From: Breznakia sp. PF5-3
GTDB taxonomy: Bacteria > Bacillota_I > Bacilli_A > Erysipelotrichales > Erysipelotrichaceae
Assembly (NCBI RefSeq): GCF_029504745.1
Contig: NZ_JAQFIQ010000025.1
Coordinates: forward strand, 1 to 32,000
DNA length: 32,000 nt
Direction: 5' to 3'
This document shows, piece by piece, positions 1-9,612 of the stretch. The notes below the pieces were generated by a model. The model made no database searches and was not told the DNA's origin. It saw nothing but the letters and a program-made list of their open reading frames with translations. How positions within the stretch are numbered: position 1 is the stretch's first letter; each line of letters opens with the position of its first letter. The position numbers and the translations under genes were made by a program.

Positions 1-104
1 TTCCTCAACTTATGGTATATCACCATTCTTCTATACTTTGGTATGATAATGATATGATACTTACATCGATATGATGTATGTGATAAACTAGTATTATCTT
101 TCAT
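1..104 (-). CDS. tnpA: IS200/IS605-family Y1 (HUH) transposase TnpA, N-terminal fragment that continues past the window start
   Basis: Own translation of the minus strand from ATG 104..102 gives MKDNTSLSHTSYRCKYHIIIIPKYRRMVIYHKLR. This matches the conserved N-terminal SLxHTxxxCKYHIVFxPKYRR signature of IS200 TnpA. A GGAGG SD lies 5 nt upstream (114..110). The ORF track omits it because the window edge cuts it. Confidence 0.7.
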   Translation of the reverse strand, partial: MKDNTSLSHTSYRCKYHIIIIPKYRRMVIYHKLR

Positions 105-215
105 TAGACCCTCCTTGTTATTGTTGTAGCTGCCAGGCTACTTTCTACTATAACACGGAGGTTTCTTTAAGTTCTTTTACCACCCGCATAGCAGGTGGTA
201 TTTTTTTGCGATAAT
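1..215 (-). mobile_element. IS200/IS605-family element, tnpA-proximal end (partial; outer boundary not determinable, roughly 200-225)
   Basis: The tnpA 5' end is followed by a structured 5' UTR. CCCTCC (109..114) is complementary to GGAGG (157..161), so the SD can be sequestered, with an internal GTAGC/GCTAC stem. A subterminal hairpin ACCACC-N9-GGTGGT lies at 179..199 and is followed by a T-run on the + strand. Confidence 0.5.
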
Positions 216-225
216 AAAAAGAAAT

Positions 226-250
226 AGCAATCAAATGATTGCTATTTTTT
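226..250. terminator. Bidirectional intrinsic terminator downstream of the DUF1846 gene
   Basis: Hairpin AGCAATCA-AA-TGATTGCT (226..243) has T-runs on both strands (ATTTTTT on +, ATTTCTTTTT on -). It overlaps the stop codon at 242..244. Confidence 0.6.
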
Positions 251-1729
251 ATGATATAGTTTTTTAGTTCTAAACTTTGGACTACATGTTAAATTCATCT
301 GTAATTTTCCAAATATATTTTCATCTTCACGACGTAGAATGATTGTTGAATGAACTTCACAACCTTTTAGCTTTGGCAACTGACTCAATGCTAATTCTGC
401 AACTGGATTTGTCGTTGCTGATACCGATAGCATTACTAACATCTCATCTGCATGTATTCTTGGATTATTGTTTCCAAGCATCTCTACTTTTAATTTTTGC
501 ACTGGTTCAATAACACTTCGAGAAATTAGTGGGAGATCTTCATCAATATTTCCAAGTGCTTTAATAGCATTCAACAAAGCAGCTGCTGATGCTCCAAATA
601 AAGTTGAAGTTTTCCCTGTAACAACTCGTCCATCATCTAGTTCGATTGCAATCGCTGGTTCATTTGTAGCGGTTGCTTTTTTCTCTGCAATATCTACAAT
701 CTTTCGATCATCTGCAGTAATGTTAGCTTGATTCATTACCATCTCAATCTTTTGTACTGGTGAATCATCGTAATTGCCCAAACGCTGTTGTACAAGGGCA
801 TGGAAATAACGCCGAATAATTTCTTCATTGGATGCCTCAATAGCAGCCTCGTTATCCACAATACAATATCCAGCCATATTTACACCCATATCTGTAGGTG
901 ATTGATATGGTGATTCTTGTTGGATTTTCTCAAAAATATTTTTTAACACAGGAAATACATCTGCATCTCGATTATATGATACTACTGCCTCTCCATATGC
1001 TTCTAAATGGAATGGATCAATGATATTCACGTCATCAAGTTCTGCTGTTGCAGCTTCATATGCAAGATTTACAGGATGTTTTAATGGAATATTCCAAATA
1101 GGAAAGGTTTCATATTTAGCGTATCCTGATTTAATCCCATGCTTATGATCATGATACATCTGTGAAAGACAAGTCGCCATCTTTCCACTACCTGGTCCAG
1201 GTGCAGTCACTACAATCAATGGTTTTTGTGTTTCAATATACTCATTTTTTCCAAACCCTTCTTCACTAATAATATGAGGTACATTAGCTGGGTATCCTTC
1301 AATTGGATAATGACGATACACTTTTAATCCTAATTTTTCCAAACGTTTTTTAAATGCATTGGTTGCAGCTTGTTGATTATAGTGTGTAACAACCACACTT
1401 CCTACAAATAGATCAATACTTCGAAAAGCATCAATTAAACGCAATACTTCTTGATCATATGTAATTCCCAAATCACCACGAACTTTATTTGCTTCAATAT
1501 CATTTGCGTTGATCACAATTACAATCTCAACCTTTTCCTTCAACTTTGCTAACATCTGTACTTTAATATCAGGTAAAAAGCCTGGTAAAACTCTTGATGC
1601 GTGATTATCATCAAATAATTTTCCACCAAACTCCAAATATAAACGATTATCAAATAAATTGATTCTTTCTAATATTTTTTCACTTTGTAAACTCAAATAT
1701 TTATCATTATCAAAAGCTTTTCTATTCAT
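242..1729 (-). CDS. DUF1846 / UPF0371-family protein (conserved Firmicutes protein of unknown function)
   Basis: 495-aa ORF. The N-terminal FDNDKYLSLQSEKILERI...LYLEFGGKLFDDNHASRVLPGF and the overall length match my recollection of the UPF0371 family. A P-loop-like TAPGPGSGK motif is present. Confidence 0.7.
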   Translation of the reverse strand: MNRKAFDNDKYLSLQSEKILERINLFDNRLYLEFGGKLFDDNHASRVLPGFLPDIKVQMLAKLKEKVEIVIVINANDIEANKVRGDLGITYDQEVLRLIDAFRSIDLFVGSVVVTHYNQQAATNAFKKRLEKLGLKVYRHYPIEGYPANVPHIISEEGFGKNEYIETQKPLIVVTAPGPGSGKMATCLSQMYHDHKHGIKSGYAKYETFPIWNIPLKHPVNLAYEAATAELDDVNIIDPFHLEAYGEAVVSYNRDADVFPVLKNIFEKIQQESPYQSPTDMGVNMAGYCIVDNEAAIEASNEEIIRRYFHALVQQRLGNYDDSPVQKIEMVMNQANITADDRKIVDIAEKKATATNEPAIAIELDDGRVVTGKTSTLFGASAAALLNAIKALGNIDEDLPLISRSVIEPVQKLKVEMLGNNNPRIHADEMLVMLSVSATTNPVAELALSQLPKLKGCEVHSTIILRREDENIFGKLQMNLTCSPKFRTKKLYHKK

Positions 1730-1792
1730 TATTGCTTCCTTTCATAAAAACACTAAATATATTATATCAAATTTCTATCCGTTATCCTATGC

Positions 1793-1832
1793 GAAAAAAA
1801 GAAAAGATAGCAAGATTTTTTCTTGCTATCTT
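1793..1832 (-). terminator. Intrinsic terminator of the surface-protein gene
   Basis: Perfect 12-bp stem AAGATAGCAAGA (1804..1815) / TCTTGCTATCTT (1821..1832). On the minus strand it is followed by TTTCTTTTTTT (1803..1793). Confidence 0.75.
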
Positions 1833-1837
1833 ATTTG

Positions 1838-4597
1838 TTATTTATTAAACTTATATTTCTTTGCCAAACCAGCCAAAATTGCTATTCCTGATAAACCAAT
1901 CAATGCTAATAATGCATTTGTATTTGTTGTATCTCCAGTTGCTGGATCTGTGCTTGGTTTAACTATATCTTTTGGTTTCTCTGATGGTTTTGGACTAGGT
2001 TTTACAGGATCAGCATTCTTTTCCCACTTTGCATAAAGTGTTTTGTGTCCATTAATCGTATGCGTATCAAACTCCCATACCGTTGTACATCCAGATTCAT
2101 GATGCCATCCTTTGAATGTGTATCCTGCTCTTGTAGGTGCTGAAGGCTCTGATACAAAGTCCCCTACTCTTAATCCTGTTTGTGAACTAACAGAACTTCC
2201 TCCTTGAGAATCAAATGTAACTGTATATAATTCAGACCATTGTGCATATAATATTGTATCTTTTGTTATATTGAATGTACCATTTTCAGTATATGAAACT
2301 CCTGATCCATTTGCTTCCGTGTTCCATCCAACAAACTCATATCCTTCTTTACTAATACTACCAGGTCCTTTTACCACAACTTGTCCACCTGAAACATAGT
2401 CAATATTATCTACTGGTGCAGTTCCTGTTCCAGTATTTACATCATATGTTACATTGTATGTTGTTGCTAAACCCCATACTGCATATAAAGTAAGATTTTC
2501 TTTTGCATGCGTAACTGCTGTTCCTGGATCATATGTTGTGTCTGCTGCTGTTGCAGAAGGGTCTGTTGACCATCCAAGGAATACACGAGTTGGGTGAGCA
2601 GCAGATAACGCTGTTCCACTCTTAATTGTTCCATCTAATCCAATATATCCAACATCGTAGTAAGTCGTTGTCTTATTACTAGCATCTACCTCATAATATT
2701 TAGTACCATCGTAAGCTGTTAATGGACTTAATGTGAAATCTCCACCATTTGCATCATATTTCACAAAAGTACTCTCTACAGCTCCAATATCTTTAAATCT
2801 ATTAAATGTACGTTGATCTCCTCCACTAAGCTCACTAGAAGTTTTATTTTCTGCTAAACCTTCTGGCTTAATTGGAATTGTTGGAACCACCATAGCTTCC
2901 ACACCTGCTTTTATAGAAGAATAATTTGCTGTCAACATAACATTGTTTTTACCCAATACATCTTCTATTGTATTCGCTGGTGTAGCTCCTTTATCTACAT
3001 TAACTAAGTTGTTATTCGTTTGTACAGTTGAATAATTAGAAATATCTTTATATGTACTAGCAGTATTTATCACACCTGTAGAACCATATACTTGATTTCC
3101 AATAAACAGCGAATCATTTCTTGTTGCTGAAGCACCTACAGAAGATCCACTCATTCCTAATGCTCCACCTTTTTGATCAATCGTAGAGTTTTCATTACCT
3201 GATACATTCCCTACAAATGTACATCCTGTGATTGTATTAGTAAATGTTGTTCCAGTGAATCCATTTCTATAATATTGAATAGCTCCACCACTTACATCTC
3301 CACCATCAAGACCATAAGCATGATTGTTATAGAATGTACTATTGGTAATTGTTGTAGCAAACCCTGGTTTTCCTGTTCCTTGGAACATGATAGCTCCACC
3401 ATCATCTGTTGCAATATTACTATCAAATGTTGTTTTATCAATTGTGAATGTTGCTCCATCTTTTCCATCAATTACATAAATAGCTCCACCATCATATGTA
3501 TTCTCAGTAGATGATGCTGTACCACTTGTCTTATTCCCATAGAAGTAAGATTCATTAATTGTCACTTGTCCTTGTAGATAATGGAATGACATTGCACCTC
3601 CACCTCCACCAAAAGGTCCACTCTTTACACAGTTATTTACATTGTTTCTAAATACCGTGTTATTGACATCTAATGTTCCTGAGTGTTGTTTTGATGCAAT
3701 CGCTCCACATTCATAACCAGCTCCTGTTGCTGAATTATTCTCAATAGTTGAGTAATTTATAGTAACCTTAGCTTCTTTAGCAAGCAACACTGCCGATGCT
3801 GAATTAACTGATGTATTGTTTTTAATTGATGTTTTATTAATAACTGTAGTTGCCGGTGCAAAGGTTGTTACATCAATAGCACCTGCTGTTGCATTTTGAA
3901 ATGTCATTTCCTCAAGCGTTAGTGTTCCTGCAGTATGTGTTGTACTAAGCAACCTTGAAGAAATACTTGTTCCATCAACTGTTAAATTCTTAATTGTTAA
4001 TGAACCTGTTCCTGCACCATTAACATTTATTGATCCTGCGTTCCATACACAACCATTTCCATCGATTGTAACATTTACATTTGGCATTGTGATTGTAATA
4101 GGACCTGATACAAATCCAGAAGCCAATGTATATACATCACCTTCTGCAGCAGTACTTAATGCGCTTTGCAATTCGCTAACATTACTTACTGTTTGAGAAA
4201 TTCTTGGTGCTTTTGCTAAAGATTTTGCAGCACCTACACTTGGTTCACCTTGTGCGCCCTTTGTCTCTTCTTTTACTGTAACGACTCTTTCTTTTGTTAC
4301 AACATCACCATCCACAGGATGGATTGCTTCATACGTGATTGTATACGTATTTTCTACTGAGACATCAAATCCTCCATCGTCCTTAATAGACACGTCCACA
4401 GCTTCTCCATTTTCGTCCACCGCGCTAACACCATCTAGCAAGTTAAATGTCTCATCAAATTGATTAACGCTCACATCTTCAGCTATAATACTTAATTTTT
4501 CCTCTAGTACCTCTGCATTCACTATCATTTTTTGGATTGGTATCAATCCCACAAATAGCACTAGCAAAGCAATAAAAGCTTTAATTGATTTTTTCAT
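1838..4597 (-). CDS. Cell-surface protein: signal peptide, Ig-like domain, right-handed parallel beta-helix (Pmp-like GGAI repeats), 3 Listeria-Bacteroides (Flg_new) repeats, Pro/Lys-rich stalk, LPXTG-like anchor
   Basis: 919-aa ORF. The N-terminal MKKSIKAFIALLVLFVGLIPI is a signal peptide. Repeated GGAI/GGAL...N motifs occur (GGAIYVIDG, GGAIMFQG, GGAIQYYRN, GGALGMSG). Three repeats are of the YxVxFDxxGG...GYxFxGW...LYAxW type. The C-terminus reads PVKPSPKPSEKPKDIVKPSTDPATGD, then a hydrophobic helix, then KKYKFNK. Confidence 0.85.
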   Translation of the reverse strand: MKKSIKAFIALLVLFVGLIPIQKMIVNAEVLEEKLSIIAEDVSVNQFDETFNLLDGVSAVDENGEAVDVSIKDDGGFDVSVENTYTITYEAIHPVDGDVVTKERVVTVKEETKGAQGEPSVGAAKSLAKAPRISQTVSNVSELQSALSTAAEGDVYTLASGFVSGPITITMPNVNVTIDGNGCVWNAGSINVNGAGTGSLTIKNLTVDGTSISSRLLSTTHTAGTLTLEEMTFQNATAGAIDVTTFAPATTVINKTSIKNNTSVNSASAVLLAKEAKVTINYSTIENNSATGAGYECGAIASKQHSGTLDVNNTVFRNNVNNCVKSGPFGGGGGAMSFHYLQGQVTINESYFYGNKTSGTASSTENTYDGGAIYVIDGKDGATFTIDKTTFDSNIATDDGGAIMFQGTGKPGFATTITNSTFYNNHAYGLDGGDVSGGAIQYYRNGFTGTTFTNTITGCTFVGNVSGNENSTIDQKGGALGMSGSSVGASATRNDSLFIGNQVYGSTGVINTASTYKDISNYSTVQTNNNLVNVDKGATPANTIEDVLGKNNVMLTANYSSIKAGVEAMVVPTIPIKPEGLAENKTSSELSGGDQRTFNRFKDIGAVESTFVKYDANGGDFTLSPLTAYDGTKYYEVDASNKTTTYYDVGYIGLDGTIKSGTALSAAHPTRVFLGWSTDPSATAADTTYDPGTAVTHAKENLTLYAVWGLATTYNVTYDVNTGTGTAPVDNIDYVSGGQVVVKGPGSISKEGYEFVGWNTEANGSGVSYTENGTFNITKDTILYAQWSELYTVTFDSQGGSSVSSQTGLRVGDFVSEPSAPTRAGYTFKGWHHESGCTTVWEFDTHTINGHKTLYAKWEKNADPVKPSPKPSEKPKDIVKPSTDPATGDTTNTNALLALIGLSGIAILAGLAKKYKFNK

Positions 4598-4883
4598 TTT
4601 GGTCGCCCCCCATCATATCAATTTAAATCTTGTTTCATTGTTTATATAATATATGCTTTTACTTACTATTACTATATCACCTTATTTCCTTCCTAATATA
4701 TCTTGTTATCAACAGATAGAAAAATGTTACCAATCAAGGTTAAAATTATTCCCTCTATAGTATAGACTTTTTAGGAATTAAATTCGTTCATGAAAATTTC
4801 ATTTTTTTCATATAAATTATTTATATTGTTTAACATTCCTTAATTTCACTCGTAAAAATCCGTAGATATAGCTCGTTTTTCAG

Positions 4884-4932
4884 ACAAAAATAAGTGAGAA
4901 ATAGCATCTTTTTAAAATACTACTTCTCACTT
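4884..4932 (-). terminator. Putative terminator of the GRE operon
   Basis: AAGTGAGAA (4892..4900) pairs with TTCTCACTT (4924..4932), and extra AT-rich pairing is possible in the 23-nt loop. On the minus strand ATTTTTG follows. It lies directly after the activase stop (4937). Confidence 0.5.
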
Positions 4933-4936
4933 TACA

Positions 4937-5824
4937 TCATCCACCTACTTTTAATTCGATGTCATATGCTTTTGCAATATCAATGTATGGAAATAAGTCC
5001 TCTTTGTTTAATGTGTTTTCATTCCAAGGATATGGTTTTATCATTCTTTCATACTTACTTTTCCCCAACAAATGATATGGGAGAAAATTAACTTTTTTAA
5101 TTCCTATCGTTTGCGCATACTTCAATATCGCTTCCAATGTTTTAGGATCATAGTTAAATTCTGTAATCACTGGAACTCGCAATATAACTTTACGAGGATC
5201 AATAGTTTCTAAGTTTTTAAATACAATAGATAAATCTCCTCCGCATATTTCACGATACATATTTTTATCAATATGTTTTAAATCAAATAAGTATAAATCA
5301 ATATAAGGATCAATTTCTTCAATATAAGAATTTGAGAAATTCCCACAAGTTTCAATTGCCACGTGAAGATTCTTGTGTTTAAACTCTTTCACTAAAGCCA
5401 ATAAACTTTTAAATTGAGTAAATGGTTCTCCACCAGATATCGTTACTCCTCCATCGCTAGCTTCATAATAGTCAATATCTTTCATAACTTCTTCTACTAC
5501 ATCCGCATAAGACATTGCTTTTCCTGATATCTCCAAAGCCCCAGTTGGACAATTATCTACGCAAACCTGAAGATTCTTACATTTGCTATCATCATAGTGG
5601 AATTCATCATCTACAAAAGTAATTGCTTTGCTTGGACAACTGTATTCGCAAGTACGACATTTGATACATTTTTTCTTATCATACAATAAAATTGGATTAG
5701 GATCTTGTGATTCAGGATTTGCACACCATGGACAATGCAATGGACATCCTTTTAAAAATACTACCGTTCTTATTCCAGGTCCATCATGCGTCGCAAACCT
5801 TTCAATATTAAATACATTAATCAT
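4937..5824 (-). CDS. Glycyl-radical enzyme activating enzyme (radical SAM, PflA family, with ferredoxin-like Cys-rich insert)
   Basis: 295 aa. The radical-SAM motif is CPLHCPWCANP (CxxxCxxC, residues 27-34). Extra clusters are CIKCRTCEYSCP and CKNLQVCVDNCP. The start overlaps the GRE stop by 8 nt (5817..5824). Confidence 0.85.
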   Translation of the reverse strand: MINVFNIERFATHDGPGIRTVVFLKGCPLHCPWCANPESQDPNPILLYDKKKCIKCRTCEYSCPSKAITFVDDEFHYDDSKCKNLQVCVDNCPTGALEISGKAMSYADVVEEVMKDIDYYEASDGGVTISGGEPFTQFKSLLALVKEFKHKNLHVAIETCGNFSNSYIEEIDPYIDLYLFDLKHIDKNMYREICGGDLSIVFKNLETIDPRKVILRVPVITEFNYDPKTLEAILKYAQTIGIKKVNFLPYHLLGKSKYERMIKPYPWNENTLNKEDLFPYIDIAKAYDIELKVGG

Positions 5825-8108
5825 ACAATTCTCGACTTAATAATTCTTCTTGAATATCTTTGGTAAGATTCACAAAGACCGCACTATATCCTGCTACTCG
5901 GACAATTAAATCCGGATAATTATCTGGATGCTTTTGTGCATCCTCTAAAATGCCATGATCCACAACTGTAACCATCAATTGACAACCACCCTTTTTAAAA
6001 TATGTATCAAATAAAATCTTAATCTTTTCTCGATCTTCATTAAACATTCGTGGTGTGAATTTAATATTTTGTACACTTCCACCATGATATTTTGCCTTAA
6101 ATGTTGCCAAAGAATTTAGTGTTGCAGTAGGTCCACTTTTAGCTGCACCACCTTGTGGATTATTCGCAGGATTCATAAATACTCCTCGTAAGCGCCCATC
6201 TAAAGATGCATCTGTTTTATGACCCCAATCAGTATTCGTTTGGTTATTACTAATTACAATTAAATAATATCCCATGCCTTTATCAATCCCTCTTTGACGA
6301 ATACCATTCGCAACATACTCAAAAAGATCATTCGCTAAAGCATCACAAGCTTTATGATCATTTCCATATTTTGGTGCATTCAATAAATCTTTCCTTAGTT
6401 TTGCATGACCTTCAAAATTAACCAAGGCAGCATCATGCAATTCTTTCAGTGTGTATTTTTCCTGTTCAAATACCAATGTTTTAATTGCATAAAGAGCATC
6501 GCTTGTATTGATGTTGCCATACGTTTCATTGGTTCCCCCAAGAATCAAAACACCACCATCCAAAAGCGCTTTTCCTCGTTCTATACAATCATCCATCAAA
6601 ATACTTGTAAATAAGAAAGATACTTCTTTGTTCATTACATCATACGAATGATATTGAGCTTCGATACTTAAATCAAAGTAATAATCTAATACTTTCTTAT
6701 ATTCACTATATAAATCATCAAAGCGTACATAGGATTCTAATGGTTTCACTGCAAAAGGAACTTTCCGCTTTCCATCCATGGAATCAATTCCATCATTTAA
6801 TGTAATATTAAAAATTTTCAATAAATTCAATAACGTATTTGGTGTTCCTACACTTTTTGCTGTAATTACAAATTCACCACAGCCAAATGGAACATATTGT
6901 TCTGCTGTTTTACGATCTACGCGCATTGCATATTCTACGGCAGGAACATTTACTTCATCATTATATAAGGTAGGATATGTAGCTCCACTACCAATACAAT
7001 CATATGCCATATCTAAAATATCTTGTGGTGTTTCTTCATAAATACGAAGTGTAAACTGAGGTTCAACATAACGTGTATCTTTACATACTCGTAAGCATAA
7101 ACGAGTAAACATATCTGCTGCTTCAACATGTTCTCTTCCTCGTCCACCAACAATGATTCTACCATTTACGGTTGTTCTTCGATTTTCAATCATTTTCCAT
7201 AAAGAACGTACATACCGATAAGCATCTTCTTCACTAAGGCGTCCTTCATCCAAGTCACGTTTTAAATATGGACCTAATACATCGTCCATACGTCCATAAT
7301 TTATGACTCCTGCAACCATTGCATAAATCCAAAACAACTGCAATGCTTGATGGAATGTTTTAGGTGTATGATCACGAATATAAAGTAAATCATTTTCCAT
7401 TAGTTTTAAATCTGCTAGACGTGCAGCATCAACATCTTGTTTTGCTTCATGAACAAGTTCAACTTGTTTATCGATTACAACTTTTAAAAGCTTTAAACTT
7501 TCTATTGAACTTTGCATAAATGCATTTTGTGGTTTTGAAGAAATTAAATCAATTAATCCTGGGATTCCATACTTCATAAGTTTTTTATAATCTAACATCA
7601 TTCCACTTAATCTTGCGGTTGCCATAAAAGGATAATCACAATCAATAAACCTACCCGTTGTTGTATCATTTAACACGTCTCGGCAATAGATTGCTTTCAC
7701 ATCATGGTCTTGCCAATATTCATACAACGCATCAACACGTTGTCTTTCTTCTTCACTTGTTAATTCATCTTTAAATTTTCTTAATTTATGAAACACACAA
7801 TAATGACCAACACCACCAATACTTGTAACACTACCAAATCCTATTGGTAAAAAATCAAGTCTTCCTGCAAGCAAATCATCTTCTTCAATAGATCTAAACA
7901 ACACAGGAAAAATTGTTTTTAAACAGTTTATCTCTCGCTCTGCTTTATCTAAACCAGCGCTATCTTGATGTGCTTTTGTGTATGCTTCCATAATGGCTAA
8001 TTGTTCACTTGGTGTTTTTTCACTAGGAATTTGAACACTCACCTCAACATTTTGTTCGCCATCAATATTAATTTTTGCCATCTTAATGCTTTGCTTTCTC
8101 TGCCTCAC
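5817..8108 (-). CDS. Glycyl radical enzyme, PFL-like 1,2-eliminase class, substrate unknown
   Basis: 763 aa from GTG 8108, or 754 aa from ATG 8081, which lies 1 nt after the upstream stop. The C-terminal glycyl-radical motif is IVRVAGYSAVF (Gly740, nt 5889..5891). The Cys loop is PFGCGEF (Cys410 at 6879..6881, Glu412), the Cys-x-Glu pattern of dehydratase/lyase GREs rather than the Cys-Cys of PFL. Confidence 0.85.
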   Translation of the reverse strand: MRQRKQSIKMAKINIDGEQNVEVSVQIPSEKTPSEQLAIMEAYTKAHQDSAGLDKAEREINCLKTIFPVLFRSIEEDDLLAGRLDFLPIGFGSVTSIGGVGHYCVFHKLRKFKDELTSEEERQRVDALYEYWQDHDVKAIYCRDVLNDTTTGRFIDCDYPFMATARLSGMMLDYKKLMKYGIPGLIDLISSKPQNAFMQSSIESLKLLKVVIDKQVELVHEAKQDVDAARLADLKLMENDLLYIRDHTPKTFHQALQLFWIYAMVAGVINYGRMDDVLGPYLKRDLDEGRLSEEDAYRYVRSLWKMIENRRTTVNGRIIVGGRGREHVEAADMFTRLCLRVCKDTRYVEPQFTLRIYEETPQDILDMAYDCIGSGATYPTLYNDEVNVPAVEYAMRVDRKTAEQYVPFGCGEFVITAKSVGTPNTLLNLLKIFNITLNDGIDSMDGKRKVPFAVKPLESYVRFDDLYSEYKKVLDYYFDLSIEAQYHSYDVMNKEVSFLFTSILMDDCIERGKALLDGGVLILGGTNETYGNINTSDALYAIKTLVFEQEKYTLKELHDAALVNFEGHAKLRKDLLNAPKYGNDHKACDALANDLFEYVANGIRQRGIDKGMGYYLIVISNNQTNTDWGHKTDASLDGRLRGVFMNPANNPQGGAAKSGPTATLNSLATFKAKYHGGSVQNIKFTPRMFNEDREKIKILFDTYFKKGGCQLMVTVVDHGILEDAQKHPDNYPDLIVRVAGYSAVFVNLTKDIQEELLSRELYD

Positions 8109-8832
8109 GCCAATTGTCTTGATAACCTCCTAGCAAGTCTACAAAACGTTTCGCTGTTAAATGAGGCCTTGTGATAGCACTACCAACAACCACACTATGT
8201 GCTCCTAAGAAAATACACTTCATTGCATCCTCTGGAGTATAGATATGTCCTTCCATCATCACATATGCATCATCTTTAAAATCACGGCACATCTTAGCAA
8301 ATTCCCGCATATCTGGTTCTTCAATGTGTTGTGTTTCTGGAGTATATCCATATAATGTAGGAGCAATGATATCCGCTCCATTTTCAATTGCTCTTAATGC
8401 TTCTTCATAATTGGATACATCCGCAAAAATAATAGCTTCTGGAATTTCTTTTTTTACTTCTTTAATCAAATCCCAAGCTTGAGTTCCTTCATGTGTCTTT
8501 TGATTTGTACAATCCAAAGCAATGATTTCAGCTCCTGCTTCCCAAACCTGTTTTGCTGATTGTAAAGTTGGCGTAATAAACACTTCTGTATCATCATGCC
8601 ATATTTTATATAAACCAATTAAAGGTAAATCTACCTTTTCTTTGATTGCTTTTATCTGTTCTGGAGAATTTGCGCGAATCCCAACAGCTCCTGCCCATTT
8701 TGCAGCTTCTGCCATCTTTACCACAATATCATCCGTATAGATTGGATCATCATGTTGAACCTGACATGATACGATTAAACCACCTTTAAAACTTTCTAAA
8801 ATTGCTTTTTTTCTTGCATCTGTTGTTTTCAT
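8083..8832 (-). CDS. NanE-like protein (N-acetylmannosamine-6-phosphate 2-epimerase family TIM barrel)
   Basis: 249 aa. The N-terminal FKGGLIVSCQV...GAVGIRAN...DLPLIGL pattern is typical of NanE. Its start overlaps the DeoR stop in ATGA (8829..8832). Confidence 0.7.
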   Translation of the reverse strand: MKTTDARKKAILESFKGGLIVSCQVQHDDPIYTDDIVVKMAEAAKWAGAVGIRANSPEQIKAIKEKVDLPLIGLYKIWHDDTEVFITPTLQSAKQVWEAGAEIIALDCTNQKTHEGTQAWDLIKEVKKEIPEAIIFADVSNYEEALRAIENGADIIAPTLYGYTPETQHIEEPDMREFAKMCRDFKDDAYVMMEGHIYTPEDAMKCIFLGAHSVVVGSAITRPHLTAKRFVDLLGGYQDNWREAEKAKH

Positions 8833-9605
8833 TTCTTTTCCTCCTTACAGATTTTTACTTTTTTATTCTTTTTTATATGTTTTGGATATTCATCAACATA
8901 TACTTCATCAAAATCTTCAAGATACGCAAAGGTATACATTGCTTTCATCTCAAACTTTGTATGATCTACCATTGCATATTTTCGTTTACTACGTTCCATA
9001 ACATTTTTCTTAACCAATCCATTATCAATTTCAACATTATAAAATTCACCTGTATCCAAATCAAATCCATTGGCACTTATAAAACATCGATCAAAGTGAA
9101 GCTTTTTGATTTCTTCAATCGTAATGCTTCCCCAATTCATATCGTATTTTTCATTGTACTCACCACCCAAGACTAAAATCTTGGCAATTGCTCCACGAAG
9201 GTGACGAACAACATAATGAGAATTGGTAACAATTGTAATCTTACGATTCATCAAATATGGGGCTAAATAAGCAGTCGTCGTCCCTGAATCAACAAATATA
9301 CATTCATTCTCTTCAACGACTTGACTAGCACATCGTGCAATGCAATCCTTCTCTTTTTGATTAAGTTTTTCCTTTTCATCTACGGTAACTTCACTAAAGG
9401 ATGTAATTGTTTCACTGAAGTTATGGGGTAATGCCCCACCACGTTCACGTTCAATCTTTCCATCTTTTTCAAGCTTTCGTAAATCTCTTTGAACTGTCGA
9501 TAAAGAAACATTTAACTCTTTCGACAGCGTACTTACACTAATCGATTGATTACTTCCCAATCGTTTAATGATATAGGCTAATCGTTCTTTGGCTAACATA
9601 AACAT
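8829..9605 (-). CDS. DeoR-family transcriptional regulator (N-terminal HTH plus DeoR-C sugar-phosphate-binding domain)
   Basis: 258 aa. The HTH region is VSTLSKELNVSLSTVQRDLRKLEKDGKIERERGGA. The DeoR-C region is IFVDSGTTTAYLAPYL...ITIVTNS. The likely true start is the third codon (ATG 9599), 6 nt after GAGGAG. Confidence 0.85.
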   Translation of the reverse strand: MFMLAKERLAYIIKRLGSNQSISVSTLSKELNVSLSTVQRDLRKLEKDGKIERERGGALPHNFSETITSFSEVTVDEKEKLNQKEKDCIARCASQVVEENECIFVDSGTTTAYLAPYLMNRKITIVTNSHYVVRHLRGAIAKILVLGGEYNEKYDMNWGSITIEEIKKLHFDRCFISANGFDLDTGEFYNVEIDNGLVKKNVMERSKRKYAMVDHTKFEMKAMYTFAYLEDFDEVYVDEYPKHIKKNKKVKICKEEKK

Positions 9606-9612
9606 CTCCTCA

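Noticed and set aside
468-731. Antisense or shadow ORFs in the track: 468..731, 1659..2036, 3275..3514, 4894..5091, 5628..5840, 6405..6614, 6778..7041, 8522..8740, 8802..9176, 10368..10664, 12470..12703, 14024..14245, 16691..16882, 17486..17818, 17704..17904, 18261..18806, 19561..19755, 21762..21995, 22573..22815, 22999..23205, 23977..24201, 28181..28519, 30522..30740, 31012..31203.
   Set aside because: Each lies inside, and mostly opposite to, a longer ORF with clear family motifs. Their products are low-complexity or Cys/Ile/Phe-rich, as expected from reading AT-rich coding DNA in the wrong frame, and none has a convincing SD.
1900-2800. The three Flg_new repeats and the GGAI beta-helix rungs as possible DNA-level tandem repeats or phase-variation tracts.
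   Set aside because: The repeats are conserved only at the protein-motif level. No long identical nucleotide repeats or homopolymer tracts were seen that would suggest slipped-strand switching.
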